Source of the DNA: Acidobacteriota bacterium
GTDB lineage: Bacteria > Acidobacteriota > CAIWXX01
Reading direction: 5' to 3'
Length of the DNA: 64,000 nucleotides
Assembly (NCBI GenBank): GCA_040755995.1
Contig: JBFMAF010000023.1
Location: 256,001-320,000, forward strand
Below are positions 47,405-56,497 of the stretch, in pieces; the stretch's first letter is position 1; the number at the start of each line of letters is the position of its first letter. Both the position numbers and the translations under genes were made by a program. A model generated the notes under the pieces. It saw only the letters and a list, made by a program, of their open reading frames with translations, did not search any database and had not been told where the DNA came from.

Positions 47405-49555
47405 CTATGCAGCAGGCGTGTATGTGATCAGGACGGTCTTCAGGCTTTCAGCGATGTCTTCGATCTTGCCGACTTTCCTGTAGAGGACATTGGAGAAGGA
47501 TTTGGCCAGCTTCTCCAGACGCCGGCCGAGGCCGCTCGCCGATGATACTTCGACGTACAGGAACGCGCTTTTTGAAGTGTGCGCCACCTTCTCGACCTCC
47601 TTGTACACCTCATCTTCGTTGTCGATATAGCCGTCTGTCAGAAGCGTGTAGACGGTGGTCCCGGGCTTCAGCTCTTTCTTCATCTTGCCGAAGACCGGCG
47701 CTTCCAGGTGAGTCCCGCCGTTTTGTTCCTCGAACAGCACCTGTTTGGTCTTGCGGGTCCGCGCTGTGTAGGTTTTCAGGAAGCTGTCCATGCCTCCGAA
47801 GATCGTCGTTGTCGAGAAATTGACGACGCCGAAATGCACGTCCTTTCCCCGCTTCTTGCAGATCTCGAAGATGCCCTTCTTGATCCCGTAGGTTATCCTC
47901 AAGAGGAGATCGAATGGATCTCCGCACATGCTGCCGGAGCTGTCCACGAGCAGGACCCAGTTGTCCGGGACGTCGATGTCGTATTGCTGCGGAGCCCATC
48001 CGCGCACCGGGGACTCGGCCAGCCGGAATTCGTTGAGCTTATATCTGTCCGCCGTCAGTTCCATCAGGATCGGCAGACCGGTCGTCATCTGAGCATCGAT
48101 CACACGCAGCAAATCGAACGACGCCAGCTCGGCCGATGACAGATCCTGCGACGATTTCAGCTCCCACCTGACCTGCTTCCCGAGGCTGACCAGGGCCACG
48201 CCGGCAGACGGCATGCGGAACTCGATCGAAGCGGCGTTCCTCTTGTACAGCTCATCCTTGGCGAATGCCGCCAGAGCGTCAATCGTCGCTTTTCCGAATC
48301 CTCCCCCGGCACCGGCGCCCTGCTTGCCTTTGCTCCCCGCCGGGCGTGCGGGATTCGGATCGCCGGCGATTTCGCGAAGGATCTTGTCCACACCCTCCTT
48401 GCCCAAATCGCTGCTCAGATCCTCGAGCGTCTGTGCGAGGCTCCCGGCGCGTTCCTCCTCGGACGATTCCGGGACCTCTTCGTCACCTCTCCCATGGCTC
48501 GACGTGCGCTGGTCGATCGATCCCTGCTTCTCGAATGCCGAAACGAATGGCACGATCGCCCGCGCGATGCCGGTGATCGCCGGGTAGCGCGTAGATGGAT
48601 CGTCGAGGATGTCATGGATCGCCGCCAGCAAGTGCTGCTGATTCTCGCCGTACTTGGGATTGGCGAGATCGGCGACCAGATCGACTCGTTCGAGGAATTC
48701 CGCCCGCGTGATGCCGTGTTCCAGCAGGACCGAATCGTCCATCTCGCCCACAAGACCGCGGTAGATCCCCCGCAGCGCATCGAGCGCTTCCGGCGCGCAA
48801 ACACCCTTTGCGCGAAGGTCGTCCAGGAAGAGCTCGACCGAGCGCCGGCGCGTGCCCGCATCCGCGATCGCGATCGTCGAGTAGAAAAGGCCGGCCAGCG
48901 AGATCAGCACATCGGTCCGCCGGTTCTTCGCCGAGAGGAGATACATCAGCGGCACCACACCTTGCGGAAACTTCGAGACGTCGCAGCCTTCGATCTGCCT
49001 GGCGCTTCGCGCGAAGACGAACCTGATCTTCTCCCTCAGTATGCCGCTGGCGGCGGAGGCCAGGAAGGCCACGTTCACAACGAAGTCCCAAAGCAGGTTC
49101 TTGCAGTTATCGACGAAGTAGAGCAGCTCCTTGCCGCTGAGCTCGGGCCGGACCTTCTTGAACCCGGCCAGTATTGCCCTGGAAATTGCGCGCTCATCGT
49201 CCCGGCTGTTGGGGCAGACCAGCGGGTGGAGGAGCTCGTGGTCGAGCACAAAGAGGAAGGTGTCGAACTCCAGGTTTCTCAGCAGCGTCTCGTCGGACAT
49301 CCGAGCGGGGATGCGATAGAGCCCCGCTGCGCCGTCCCTGTAGTGAGGCACGGCGAATCCGCTGAAGCCGGATTCGAGCTCAGCCTCGTTGTTTATGTTG
49401 ACGAATATGCGCCGGTTGTCGGTACAGGCCTCGAAAGGCGCGGGTGACTCCGGGTGTCGACCCAGGACGACAGGTGTAGCGGCGTAGATCGGGTAGGCCA
49501 GCTCGACGATCCGCCGCCAGGTCTCGACCGCCTCCGCCAGGACTCCTTCGATCAT
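47405..49555 (-). CDS. VWA-domain protein with N-terminal HExxH metallopeptidase-like region
   Basis: HELLH; low-complexity linker; MIDAS LLVDSSGSM...GGT...LTDG. Confidence 0.8.
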   Translation of the reverse strand: MIEGVLAEAVETWRRIVELAYPIYAATPVVLGRHPESPAPFEACTDNRRIFVNINNEAELESGFSGFAVPHYRDGAAGLYRIPARMSDETLLRNLEFDTFLFVLDHELLHPLVCPNSRDDERAISRAILAGFKKVRPELSGKELLYFVDNCKNLLWDFVVNVAFLASAASGILREKIRFVFARSARQIEGCDVSKFPQGVVPLMYLLSAKNRRTDVLISLAGLFYSTIAIADAGTRRRSVELFLDDLRAKGVCAPEALDALRGIYRGLVGEMDDSVLLEHGITRAEFLERVDLVADLANPKYGENQQHLLAAIHDILDDPSTRYPAITGIARAIVPFVSAFEKQGSIDQRTSSHGRGDEEVPESSEEERAGSLAQTLEDLSSDLGKEGVDKILREIAGDPNPARPAGSKGKQGAGAGGGFGKATIDALAAFAKDELYKRNAASIEFRMPSAGVALVSLGKQVRWELKSSQDLSSAELASFDLLRVIDAQMTTGLPILMELTADRYKLNEFRLAESPVRGWAPQQYDIDVPDNWVLLVDSSGSMCGDPFDLLLRITYGIKKGIFEICKKRGKDVHFGVVNFSTTTIFGGMDSFLKTYTARTRKTKQVLFEEQNGGTHLEAPVFGKMKKELKPGTTVYTLLTDGYIDNEDEVYKEVEKVAHTSKSAFLYVEVSSASGLGRRLEKLAKSFSNVLYRKVGKIEDIAESLKTVLITYTPAA

Positions 49556-49558
49556 GGA

Positions 49559-51388
49559 TCAGCCGCCGAGCGTTCTCGCCATGCGGTGCTGGAAGATGTC
49601 GCCCATCACGGGCGCATGATTGTCTCTACGCGCGTAGTAAAATGCGGTGAGCGCCGTGAGCGCCTCCTGGTCCCTGTTCGCGCCCCGGCACTTCTTCAGG
49701 ATCTCGTCCACTTCAGCCGCGCCATCTGCCACAAACCCCGCCAGCGTGAGCAGGTCGGCTGCCAGCTTGGCGGCGAGTACACTTCTGACCACGTCGGACT
49801 TCTGCGCGCTTTTCGCGATCCGCGCCGTCTCATCCCCCAGCTGGGCTATCAGGAACGACGCTCCCCTGGACTTCTTCAGTGCATCCCTGAGAGCGCTCAC
49901 GATGGCCAGCTTCTTGATCCCGACGTTCGGATCCGTCCGGCGGAATCTGGCCGGCATGTAGCCGATCTCGGCCAGATAGCTCTCGGTCAGCGAGACATAC
50001 TGGAGCAGGGTCTCGTTGATGAGCGGTGTGGCCGGAGCCGCACCTGGATGCTGCTTGCTTCTGGCAAGCAGCGCCGCGGCGCCCGCGATCTCGCGGATGC
50101 TGACGAACCGGTCCATACCGATGTAGGTGCGCACCGGGTCTTCGGCGCGGAGGCCCTGTCTGAGACTCAGCAACGTCGACAACACGTCTCCGAGCTTCTT
50201 GATCTGGACGATGTCGCGGAAGATCATGGGGACCTTGAAGGTGGCGATGATCTCGTGCGCCTTCTTCACCTGCTCTGTTTCCTTGCCGTCCTCCGGTATC
50301 TTGACCTTCAGCCCCAGCCGGCTGCTCCACTGATTCGCTATCCGGGCCTCGTAGGCGAGCTTGCCTGGAAGGTCGCCGCCGAGGATGGCGACAAGCGCGT
50401 CGGTGAGCTCGAGGGCCGAGTACAGTATGGGCTTGTCCGTGCGCGCCGAGTCCGTGACCCATGCGTAGACCGAGAGCCAGTCGGTCTTGATGGAATCGAG
50501 CTGCTTTCTGTCGACGCCGAGATACGCCGCCGTCAGCGACGAGAACGAATCCAGGAAGGCGTCGAATGGTCCATGGATCTCCTCGGTCAGCCAGACTCCG
50601 GAGCCGACGCTGTTGGCCGCATTGCCGAACGTGATCTTGAGAAGGCGACTGTCGACGGCCGCATCGAGCTCGATCGTGCCGGTGAACTTTGCATCGGCGC
50701 TGACGGCCGGGTTCTGGGCGCTCACGATGGTGAGCTTCTTGCGCCGTCCGCCGGACTGGATCGCGGCCTTTCCGTCCAGCGCGGGAATCCTCAGGCCCAG
50801 CTTCACGAACGCGCCCGCGTTGTAGAGCTCGTTGTCGAGGAGCTGGAGAATGTTCTGCGGATCGCCTCGATTGATCTCATCCACGAGCATCGCGGCCATG
50901 CCGTCCACCGCGGACGCCTTGATTCGAGTAACCGGCATCCCGTTCTCGATGCGCCCCTCGAGGAACGGCTGGAACACGTTGTTGAGGAATGCGGTGCCGC
51001 TCAGGCGCAGCGAAATGCAGCTGTCCTGGGGAAAGACAGTCCGCATGAACGCCTGGCTGATGAAGGTCTTGCCGACGCCGCTTTCTCCCTCGAAGAGGAT
51101 CGGGATGTCGCGGAGATTCCCCATCAGCAGCATGTCGAGGTCGTTGATGTCAGCCGCCTCGTCCTCCGGCACGTAGCTGCTGCCGCCGGTCTCTTCGAGC
51201 TGCACGGCATTGTTCGTCTCGTCATAGCGGAGCCTGTAGAGCGGAGTCGGTGCGGCCTGTTTGCGTATCACTCCATAGAGCGCCTGCACGTATGCCAGCA
51301 GCATCGCCGTGTGAAGCACGTTCTCATCGAAGCGACTGCCCATCGCCTCCGCGACCCTGTTCAGGGTGTGACTGCCTGTTTCCACCAT
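49559..51388 (-). CDS. MoxR-like AAA+ ATPase with long C-terminal extension
   Basis: Walker A GESGVGKT, Walker B LVDEINR, SAQNP, LDAAVDSR. Confidence 0.85.
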   Translation of the reverse strand: MVETGSHTLNRVAEAMGSRFDENVLHTAMLLAYVQALYGVIRKQAAPTPLYRLRYDETNNAVQLEETGGSSYVPEDEAADINDLDMLLMGNLRDIPILFEGESGVGKTFISQAFMRTVFPQDSCISLRLSGTAFLNNVFQPFLEGRIENGMPVTRIKASAVDGMAAMLVDEINRGDPQNILQLLDNELYNAGAFVKLGLRIPALDGKAAIQSGGRRKKLTIVSAQNPAVSADAKFTGTIELDAAVDSRLLKITFGNAANSVGSGVWLTEEIHGPFDAFLDSFSSLTAAYLGVDRKQLDSIKTDWLSVYAWVTDSARTDKPILYSALELTDALVAILGGDLPGKLAYEARIANQWSSRLGLKVKIPEDGKETEQVKKAHEIIATFKVPMIFRDIVQIKKLGDVLSTLLSLRQGLRAEDPVRTYIGMDRFVSIREIAGAAALLARSKQHPGAAPATPLINETLLQYVSLTESYLAEIGYMPARFRRTDPNVGIKKLAIVSALRDALKKSRGASFLIAQLGDETARIAKSAQKSDVVRSVLAAKLAADLLTLAGFVADGAAEVDEILKKCRGANRDQEALTALTAFYYARRDNHAPVMGDIFQHRMARTLGG

Positions 51389-51429
51389 GCCACCTCGCTG
51401 ATATCACTCAGCAACGATTTACCACTGTC

Positions 51430-51564
51430 AGGCGAAAAACGTATTGTGATTGAGTCAGGTCGTTGGAGCGGTGTGCCGTCGCGACACGGGTTCTGCCCAC
51501 TCTCTACGCGAGGCGCGGCCAGAGCGGCCTGGCATGCTTCGTCGGCCGTAGGCCGCGCTTCGCT
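51430..51564 (-). repeat. Intergenic repeat, copy D
   Basis: Begins ~6 nt after the TGA of 51571-52248; homologous to copies A and B. Confidence 0.8.
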
Positions 51565-51570
51565 CGGGCA

Positions 51571-52248
51571 TCATGTGATGTACCTCGGCATGTCCTCGAT
51601 CGTGATCTGGCTGGACAATGCCCTGAGCGCCTGCAGTGCAGCGTCGAGAAACGCGGCGCTGCGCAGCAACTTCACGATCGCACCGCCGGGACTCGGCATC
51701 TCGGCGAGCAGCGCGTCGGTGAAAACGGCCGCCTTGTAATCAGCCTTGCTCGCTACCTCAGCGGCGGCCTCTGTGATTGTCAGCTGGCTCAGCAGCATGA
51801 ATCCCATGCCTTCGTAGAATGGATCCACCGAATTGGGATCGCAGCAGCACTTCTTGCAGCCGCCAAACCGTTTCCTGATGGACCCGGCATCCGAAACTGC
51901 GCCACTCTCGCTGCTCAACAGGCCGATCTCGGCGACGATAAGCCCGGTGCGGATCGGCGTCTTGGTCTCTCCTTTGAGAAGTGTCTTGTATATGACTCGA
52001 AGGTTGTCGATCAAACGATCATCGCCCGCGACGACACCGGTGAAGAAGTCGAGCACCACGAGCGACCGGAAGAGGCCCTCGGCGGCAAGGTTCAGCTTGT
52101 GATCCATGATCCGCTTCGGGATGAGCTTCTGCAGGAACGCGTTGGCCGTCAGGTCGAACATGAACTTGTATTCGAATTCATCCTCCCGGTCGGCGCATTT
52201 GAGCATGGCGCCGAGCCTGCGAGCGAGTTGGATATCGGGCGTCTTCAT
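51571..52248 (-). CDS. Hypothetical protein
   Basis: 225-aa ORF with ATGA overlap to the upstream VWA gene; contains GCKKCCCDP. Confidence 0.75.
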   Translation of the reverse strand: MKTPDIQLARRLGAMLKCADREDEFEYKFMFDLTANAFLQKLIPKRIMDHKLNLAAEGLFRSLVVLDFFTGVVAGDDRLIDNLRVIYKTLLKGETKTPIRTGLIVAEIGLLSSESGAVSDAGSIRKRFGGCKKCCCDPNSVDPFYEGMGFMLLSQLTITEAAAEVASKADYKAAVFTDALLAEMPSPGGAIVKLLRSAAFLDAALQALRALSSQITIEDMPRYIT

Positions 52249-53126
52249 TTGCGGCGCTTGCCTCGCGCCTTCTGCGGCGCCGGCTTCTGTCGTGCGGCGA
52301 GCAGGGGGTGGAGCGTCGCCATGACCTGATTCACCTGCTCTGGAGTCTGCCGGATGGCAATGCGCTTCTGGAACGCGGCGTAGTCGTCGGCGAATATGGC
52401 GCAGAGGCCGATGATGCAGTCCACGATGCGGGACGGATCCTTGAGCTCAAGAACCATCTGGCGGCCGAAGCCCTTCTGCCATGTATCGATCCCACTGGTC
52501 TCGGGAACGTAGAGCATATAAGGATCGAAGCGCTGTTGAAGCTCCTTGATGATGTCCGCGGTCTTCAAGTTGCCCTGGACGTCATCGCCGACATACGACT
52601 TTACGTGGCCAGCTTCGATCGTATCCCTGTACGGCTCGTTGCCGCAGATGACCATCAGGCCTCGCTGAGCTTTCCTCATGGTGCAATGTCTCGCATAGTA
52701 ATACATCGTGAGCTCGAAGTACTCGTCGCCGCCGCAAGGGTGGATCGCGTTGATACCCTCCTCCAGGTCCTTGCCCTTCATGAAATCGCAGATCTGGATC
52801 ATGTGGCATGAAGGGTCGCCGATTGCGGCGAAGCTGATCTCCAGATCCGGAAGATGGAGCCTGGCCTCGTTATAGAGCACCGGCAGCTTCGTGAAGATCA
52901 CGCCCGGCCAGTGCGACATCGATCCGCTGATGTCGACGCAGACGACCAGCGGCGTCGGCGAATCCGTTGTGACATCCTTGCCGACCGGTGGCGGCAGCCC
53001 CTTGGATTCGTCCCCCCTGTATTCTCTGACGATTCCCTGCGCCGCGGCCTGCTCCGTGTACTCCTTGCTGCTCTTCTTCAGCGCAGCCTCGCTGTAATCG
53101 TAATCCCAGCCTCCTCCGCCTCCCAT
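52245..53126 (-). CDS. VWA-like protein (paralog 3)
   Basis: MGGGGGWDYDYSE N-terminus; VDISGSM; AIGD; YYARH; GGAGG RBS. Confidence 0.8.
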   Translation of the reverse strand: MGGGGGWDYDYSEAALKKSSKEYTEQAAAQGIVREYRGDESKGLPPPVGKDVTTDSPTPLVVCVDISGSMSHWPGVIFTKLPVLYNEARLHLPDLEISFAAIGDPSCHMIQICDFMKGKDLEEGINAIHPCGGDEYFELTMYYYARHCTMRKAQRGLMVICGNEPYRDTIEAGHVKSYVGDDVQGNLKTADIIKELQQRFDPYMLYVPETSGIDTWQKGFGRQMVLELKDPSRIVDCIIGLCAIFADDYAAFQKRIAIRQTPEQVNQVMATLHPLLAARQKPAPQKARGKRRK

Positions 53127-53136
53127 TTTTCCTCCT

Positions 53137-53979
53137 TCATGTCAGAAGATTGTCGACGGCGTCGAGTTTCATGCGACCTTCGAGAAGCCGGTTGTACCTG
53201 TCGATGATCTCGCTTGTCGCGCCCATATGCTCGGGAATAAAATAGACTCCATCGAGGAACAGCTCGAAGCTCCTCTCATTGAAGTGGATCTTGCCTTTCA
53301 GCACGCCGGCTGTTTTCCTTTCGACCTTGTCGCGGTTCCCTTCGATCAAGCGAATGACGGCTTCCGGTGTAGCGGTCTTCGCTGCGCTGCTCAACGTCTT
53401 CCAGAATTGCGGGTCGAATGTTTTCACGAACTTCGACAGGTACTCCGCCAGCGTAAGCAGCTCGTATGCCTTGCCGTCGATGAAGAGCATTCGTTCGCAT
53501 CCTTCCAGCTCGTCAAGGACCGCACCTTCGCAAAGCGGCGCGATCGTGCCGGCACCGGTCGTGTGCCCGGGGACCCTCGATGGGGTAGCATACACTGCAG
53601 CGACCTTCTCCCGGAGAATGGACTTCAGTTGATCTCCGTAGACTTGCATGGCCGTCGGGAGGTCCACTGAAGGAAGGACCTTCGCGAGCCACTCCCGCTG
53701 AGCTCCAGTGATCTCGTTCGCGTTGGCCGCCCGGTAAGAATCCTCCATCTTCTTCGGCGAATCGTCCTCTTCGATTCCGTACGTCGTGCCCCAGATTTTC
53801 GCAAAACTATCGGCAGGCTTCCTGTTGAGGACAAAGAATCGGCCCTTGTAAAGAAGCGTCAGCTCGTTTCGTCCGATGGAAGCAGCCGGCAGCCCCAGAG
53901 GCGCACTTACCGCGGCCTCGTCGATCGGCATGTCCTCCTTGAAGATGACCGGCCCGCCTTCCACTACTTTTCTGCGCAC
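53137..53979 (-). CDS. Hypothetical protein
   Basis: AAGGAGG RBS before GTG 53979; 280 aa, tightly packed in the block. Confidence 0.75.
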   Translation of the reverse strand: MRRKVVEGGPVIFKEDMPIDEAAVSAPLGLPAASIGRNELTLLYKGRFFVLNRKPADSFAKIWGTTYGIEEDDSPKKMEDSYRAANANEITGAQREWLAKVLPSVDLPTAMQVYGDQLKSILREKVAAVYATPSRVPGHTTGAGTIAPLCEGAVLDELEGCERMLFIDGKAYELLTLAEYLSKFVKTFDPQFWKTLSSAAKTATPEAVIRLIEGNRDKVERKTAGVLKGKIHFNERSFELFLDGVYFIPEHMGATSEIIDRYNRLLEGRMKLDAVDNLLT

Positions 53980-53992
53980 TCCAGAGCCTCCT

Positions 53993-54637
53993 TCACGATC
54001 TCGCCGCGCCCGCGCTCGCACACTTCCGAATCCGCCCAACCTGACAGAGAATGACGTCAACAAGACCGCGCACATCCCGTATCTCGACGACATTCGGCTT
54101 CCCCAGCACCGCTTCCCACTCCGCCGACTCCATATCGTACACGTTTCGGACGATGTAGTTCATGCACACGTGGAAGCGCGCGCGCAGGTCCCGCAGGATA
54201 CGCTCCGTGTAGAGATGCGTCCGGAGGTCGTCTCCGAGGTGGTCGCGGACGTGGCGGCACGAGATGGCATCCCTGTGGACGCCGTTCCCGAACATAAGGA
54301 AGGCTCCCTTGCGCCCTGGGGCCACGCGGCAATGCCTGGCGTAGTAGTACATGGCGATCTCGAAGGACTTGTCGAGCCCGCAGACGTGGACGTCATGGAT
54401 CGATTGCGCTGCTCGATCATGATCGTTGTGGAATTCGGACACCTGCAGCAGATGACACCTGTAATCGCCGATGCCGCATATGCTCACTTCGCATCCCGCC
54501 TCAAGCAGCCGCGGCAGGCACTTCATCACGGCCTTCAGTACGGGTTGCGACCATTCCCGCATGGACCTCCCGGTGTCCACAGCGATGACGACCGGCCATT
54601 TCGAGCGCGAAGTGACGCGCACCGGCAGGCCGTTCAT
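53993..54637 (-). CDS. Degenerate VWA-like protein (paralog 2)
   Basis: PVVIAVDTGRSM, IGD..C..LQV..F, EIAMYYYARHC align to paralogs 1 and 3; lacks the Gly-rich N-terminus. Confidence 0.7.
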   Translation of the reverse strand: MNGLPVRVTSRSKWPVVIAVDTGRSMREWSQPVLKAVMKCLPRLLEAGCEVSICGIGDYRCHLLQVSEFHNDHDRAAQSIHDVHVCGLDKSFEIAMYYYARHCRVAPGRKGAFLMFGNGVHRDAISCRHVRDHLGDDLRTHLYTERILRDLRARFHVCMNYIVRNVYDMESAEWEAVLGKPNVVEIRDVRGLVDVILCQVGRIRKCASAGAARS

Positions 54638-54640
54638 GGT

Positions 54641-55546
54641 TCACGCGTAATCCCGGTCGATCGCGTCGAGCAGGTTGAGCGCCGAGAACAGGGCTTCGCG
54701 CTGGAAGCAGATCTCGTCACCGAACATGAGGGTCTGGTACCCGAGCTCGTAGAGGAATCCGACATCGCCGACTTCCTGGCTCTGCGGGACGCGCGACTTG
54801 CGCATGGATGAGAAGATCCGCGAGGCGGCGATGGCCCTCTTGTCGCACGCGATGATCTGTTTCGTAGCGCGCAGAATCTGGTGAGGCCTCTCCAGCTCGT
54901 TGTAGAGGTCGCCGCGCGCCGCCATGAGCCGCACTGTGCGCTTGTACTTGGGATAGATCTTCTCGACGAAATCCAGTCCCTTCTTCGACTCGATCTTGGC
55001 AATGATCCTGGCGTTTGGATCGAGCGCCAGCAGATCCTGAATATCCGACTCCTGCTCGACATAGGACAGCATGAAATTGTGAAGGCCGGCCTTCGCGGCC
55101 GCCTCGACGTATTCCTTGTCCCTGCCGGTCAGATAACCTTCGATCTTCAGGCTCGGGTCGGCGATGCTCAGCGACATGCCCGAGCCCAGCGGCACCGGCG
55201 AGATTTCTTCGATGACGAGCCTGTTGCCGTTCTCGACCTTGCGGATCATGGCGGAGAACTCGCCAGAGCAGAACGATGCTTCCGTAGGCGTATTCACGCT
55301 GATCCGGTGGCTGATGTCGAGGTAGTAGTAGGGGACGTAAGCGGAATTCACAACTCGCAGCTGCCGGCATTTCAGGTCGACCCAAAGCTCCTTGGGGGCC
55401 ACCTTCTCGGCGAAGGCCGGCAGAAAGTCATCGAGCTTCTCCCTCACGGGAAGAACCGTGTTGAACCTCACTGCGCAGACTATGTCCTGCGAGGCGGCCT
55501 TCTCGATGTAGTCGGCGTAGGCGGGGAGCGTGATGATAGCCTTCAT
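54641..55546 (-). CDS. Pyruvate-kinase-like protein (barrel plus B domain, no C-terminal regulatory domain)
   Basis: RFN, DLKCRQLR, LSYVE, IAKIES, ARGDL, ASRIFSSM, EVGDV, LMFGDE; 301 aa; ATGA overlap with the upstream VWA gene. Confidence 0.8.
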   Translation of the reverse strand: MKAIITLPAYADYIEKAASQDIVCAVRFNTVLPVREKLDDFLPAFAEKVAPKELWVDLKCRQLRVVNSAYVPYYYLDISHRISVNTPTEASFCSGEFSAMIRKVENGNRLVIEEISPVPLGSGMSLSIADPSLKIEGYLTGRDKEYVEAAAKAGLHNFMLSYVEQESDIQDLLALDPNARIIAKIESKKGLDFVEKIYPKYKRTVRLMAARGDLYNELERPHQILRATKQIIACDKRAIAASRIFSSMRKSRVPQSQEVGDVGFLYELGYQTLMFGDEICFQREALFSALNLLDAIDRDYA

Positions 55547-56484
55547 GTGCGGCTCGCTTTCTTCGTTCCTCTTTTCGACGCCTTCTTCGGCCCTGGCGCT
55601 CCGGTCTTTCCTCGAGCCAGCAGCGGGTGGAGTGTCTTCATCACCTGCTCCACCTGCTCCGGCGTCTGCCTGATCGAGATCCGCTTGCTGAATGCGTCGA
55701 TGTCTTCCCGGGCCACCGCTACAAGCCCTATGATGGCGTCGACGATTCTCCGGGGATCCTCCAGCTTCAGCACCATCTGCTTGCCCAGCGTCTCCTCCCA
55801 CTGCTGCCTGATCTCCTCTTCCTTCTGTGCGTTCTTGTATTCGAGCCTCAGGTTGTAAACGGTGAACTTCTGCAGCAGCTCCTTGAACACGTCGCCAGCT
55901 CTCAGATCCCCGGCCGGAACATCTCCCGTCATTCGAGAGACGGCGGCCGCCTTGATCGTTTCGTAGTACCCTTCGTCCCCGCAGAAAACGAAGATCGGCG
56001 CAGCGTCCTTCTTCATCTGGCAGTGGCGAGCGTAGAAGTACGCGGCCAGCTCGTAGCTCTCCTTCGTGCCGGCGCCGCCGCCTCCTTCCGGGAAGATCGA
56101 GTTGATACCCTCCTCCAGATCCTTCCCCTTCCTGAAATCGCACACCTGCAGCGGGAAATTGTCTACATTGGCGTCGCCTATAGCCGCGAAGCTGATCTCG
56201 ACATCTGGTATGTGAAGCTTCGCTTCGTTGTAGAGCACAGGAAGTTTCTCGAAGATGATCTTGGGCCACTCACCCATCGAGCCTGTCACGTCGACCGCGA
56301 CCACGAGCGGAGTCGGGGAATCCGTGCTGATGGTGCGGCCGACCGGCGGCGGAATCCCTCGCGACTCCTTGCCCTCGTATTCGCGTACGACACCTTCCTT
56401 CTTCGCCTCCTCGGCATACTCCTTGCTGCTCTTCTTCAGAGCGCTCTCGCTGTAGTCGTAATCCCATCCGCCGCCGCCGCCCAT
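55543..56484 (-). CDS. VWA-like protein (paralog 1)
   Basis: MGGGGGWDYDYSE; VDVTGSM; AIGDA..D..PLQV..F; EGGGG...ESYEL; GDE. Confidence 0.82.
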   Translation of the reverse strand: MGGGGGWDYDYSESALKKSSKEYAEEAKKEGVVREYEGKESRGIPPPVGRTISTDSPTPLVVAVDVTGSMGEWPKIIFEKLPVLYNEAKLHIPDVEISFAAIGDANVDNFPLQVCDFRKGKDLEEGINSIFPEGGGGAGTKESYELAAYFYARHCQMKKDAAPIFVFCGDEGYYETIKAAAVSRMTGDVPAGDLRAGDVFKELLQKFTVYNLRLEYKNAQKEEEIRQQWEETLGKQMVLKLEDPRRIVDAIIGLVAVAREDIDAFSKRISIRQTPEQVEQVMKTLHPLLARGKTGAPGPKKASKRGTKKASRT

Positions 56485-56497
56485 CAGTCCCTCCTTG

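Noticed and set aside
10855..51564. Integron attC sites or CRISPR repeats
   Set aside because: No RYYYAAC/GTTRRRY core pairing, no integrase or cas genes, and copies are many kb apart rather than regularly spaced.
49454..51739. 761-aa plus-strand ORF
   Set aside because: Antisense shadow of the MoxR gene with no motifs, typical of GC-rich DNA. The same applies to most short overlapping ORFs in the track.
55547..56269. N-terminal 241 aa of the 542-aa PK-like ORF
   Set aside because: Alternative frame of VWA1; PK similarity starts at ATG 55546.
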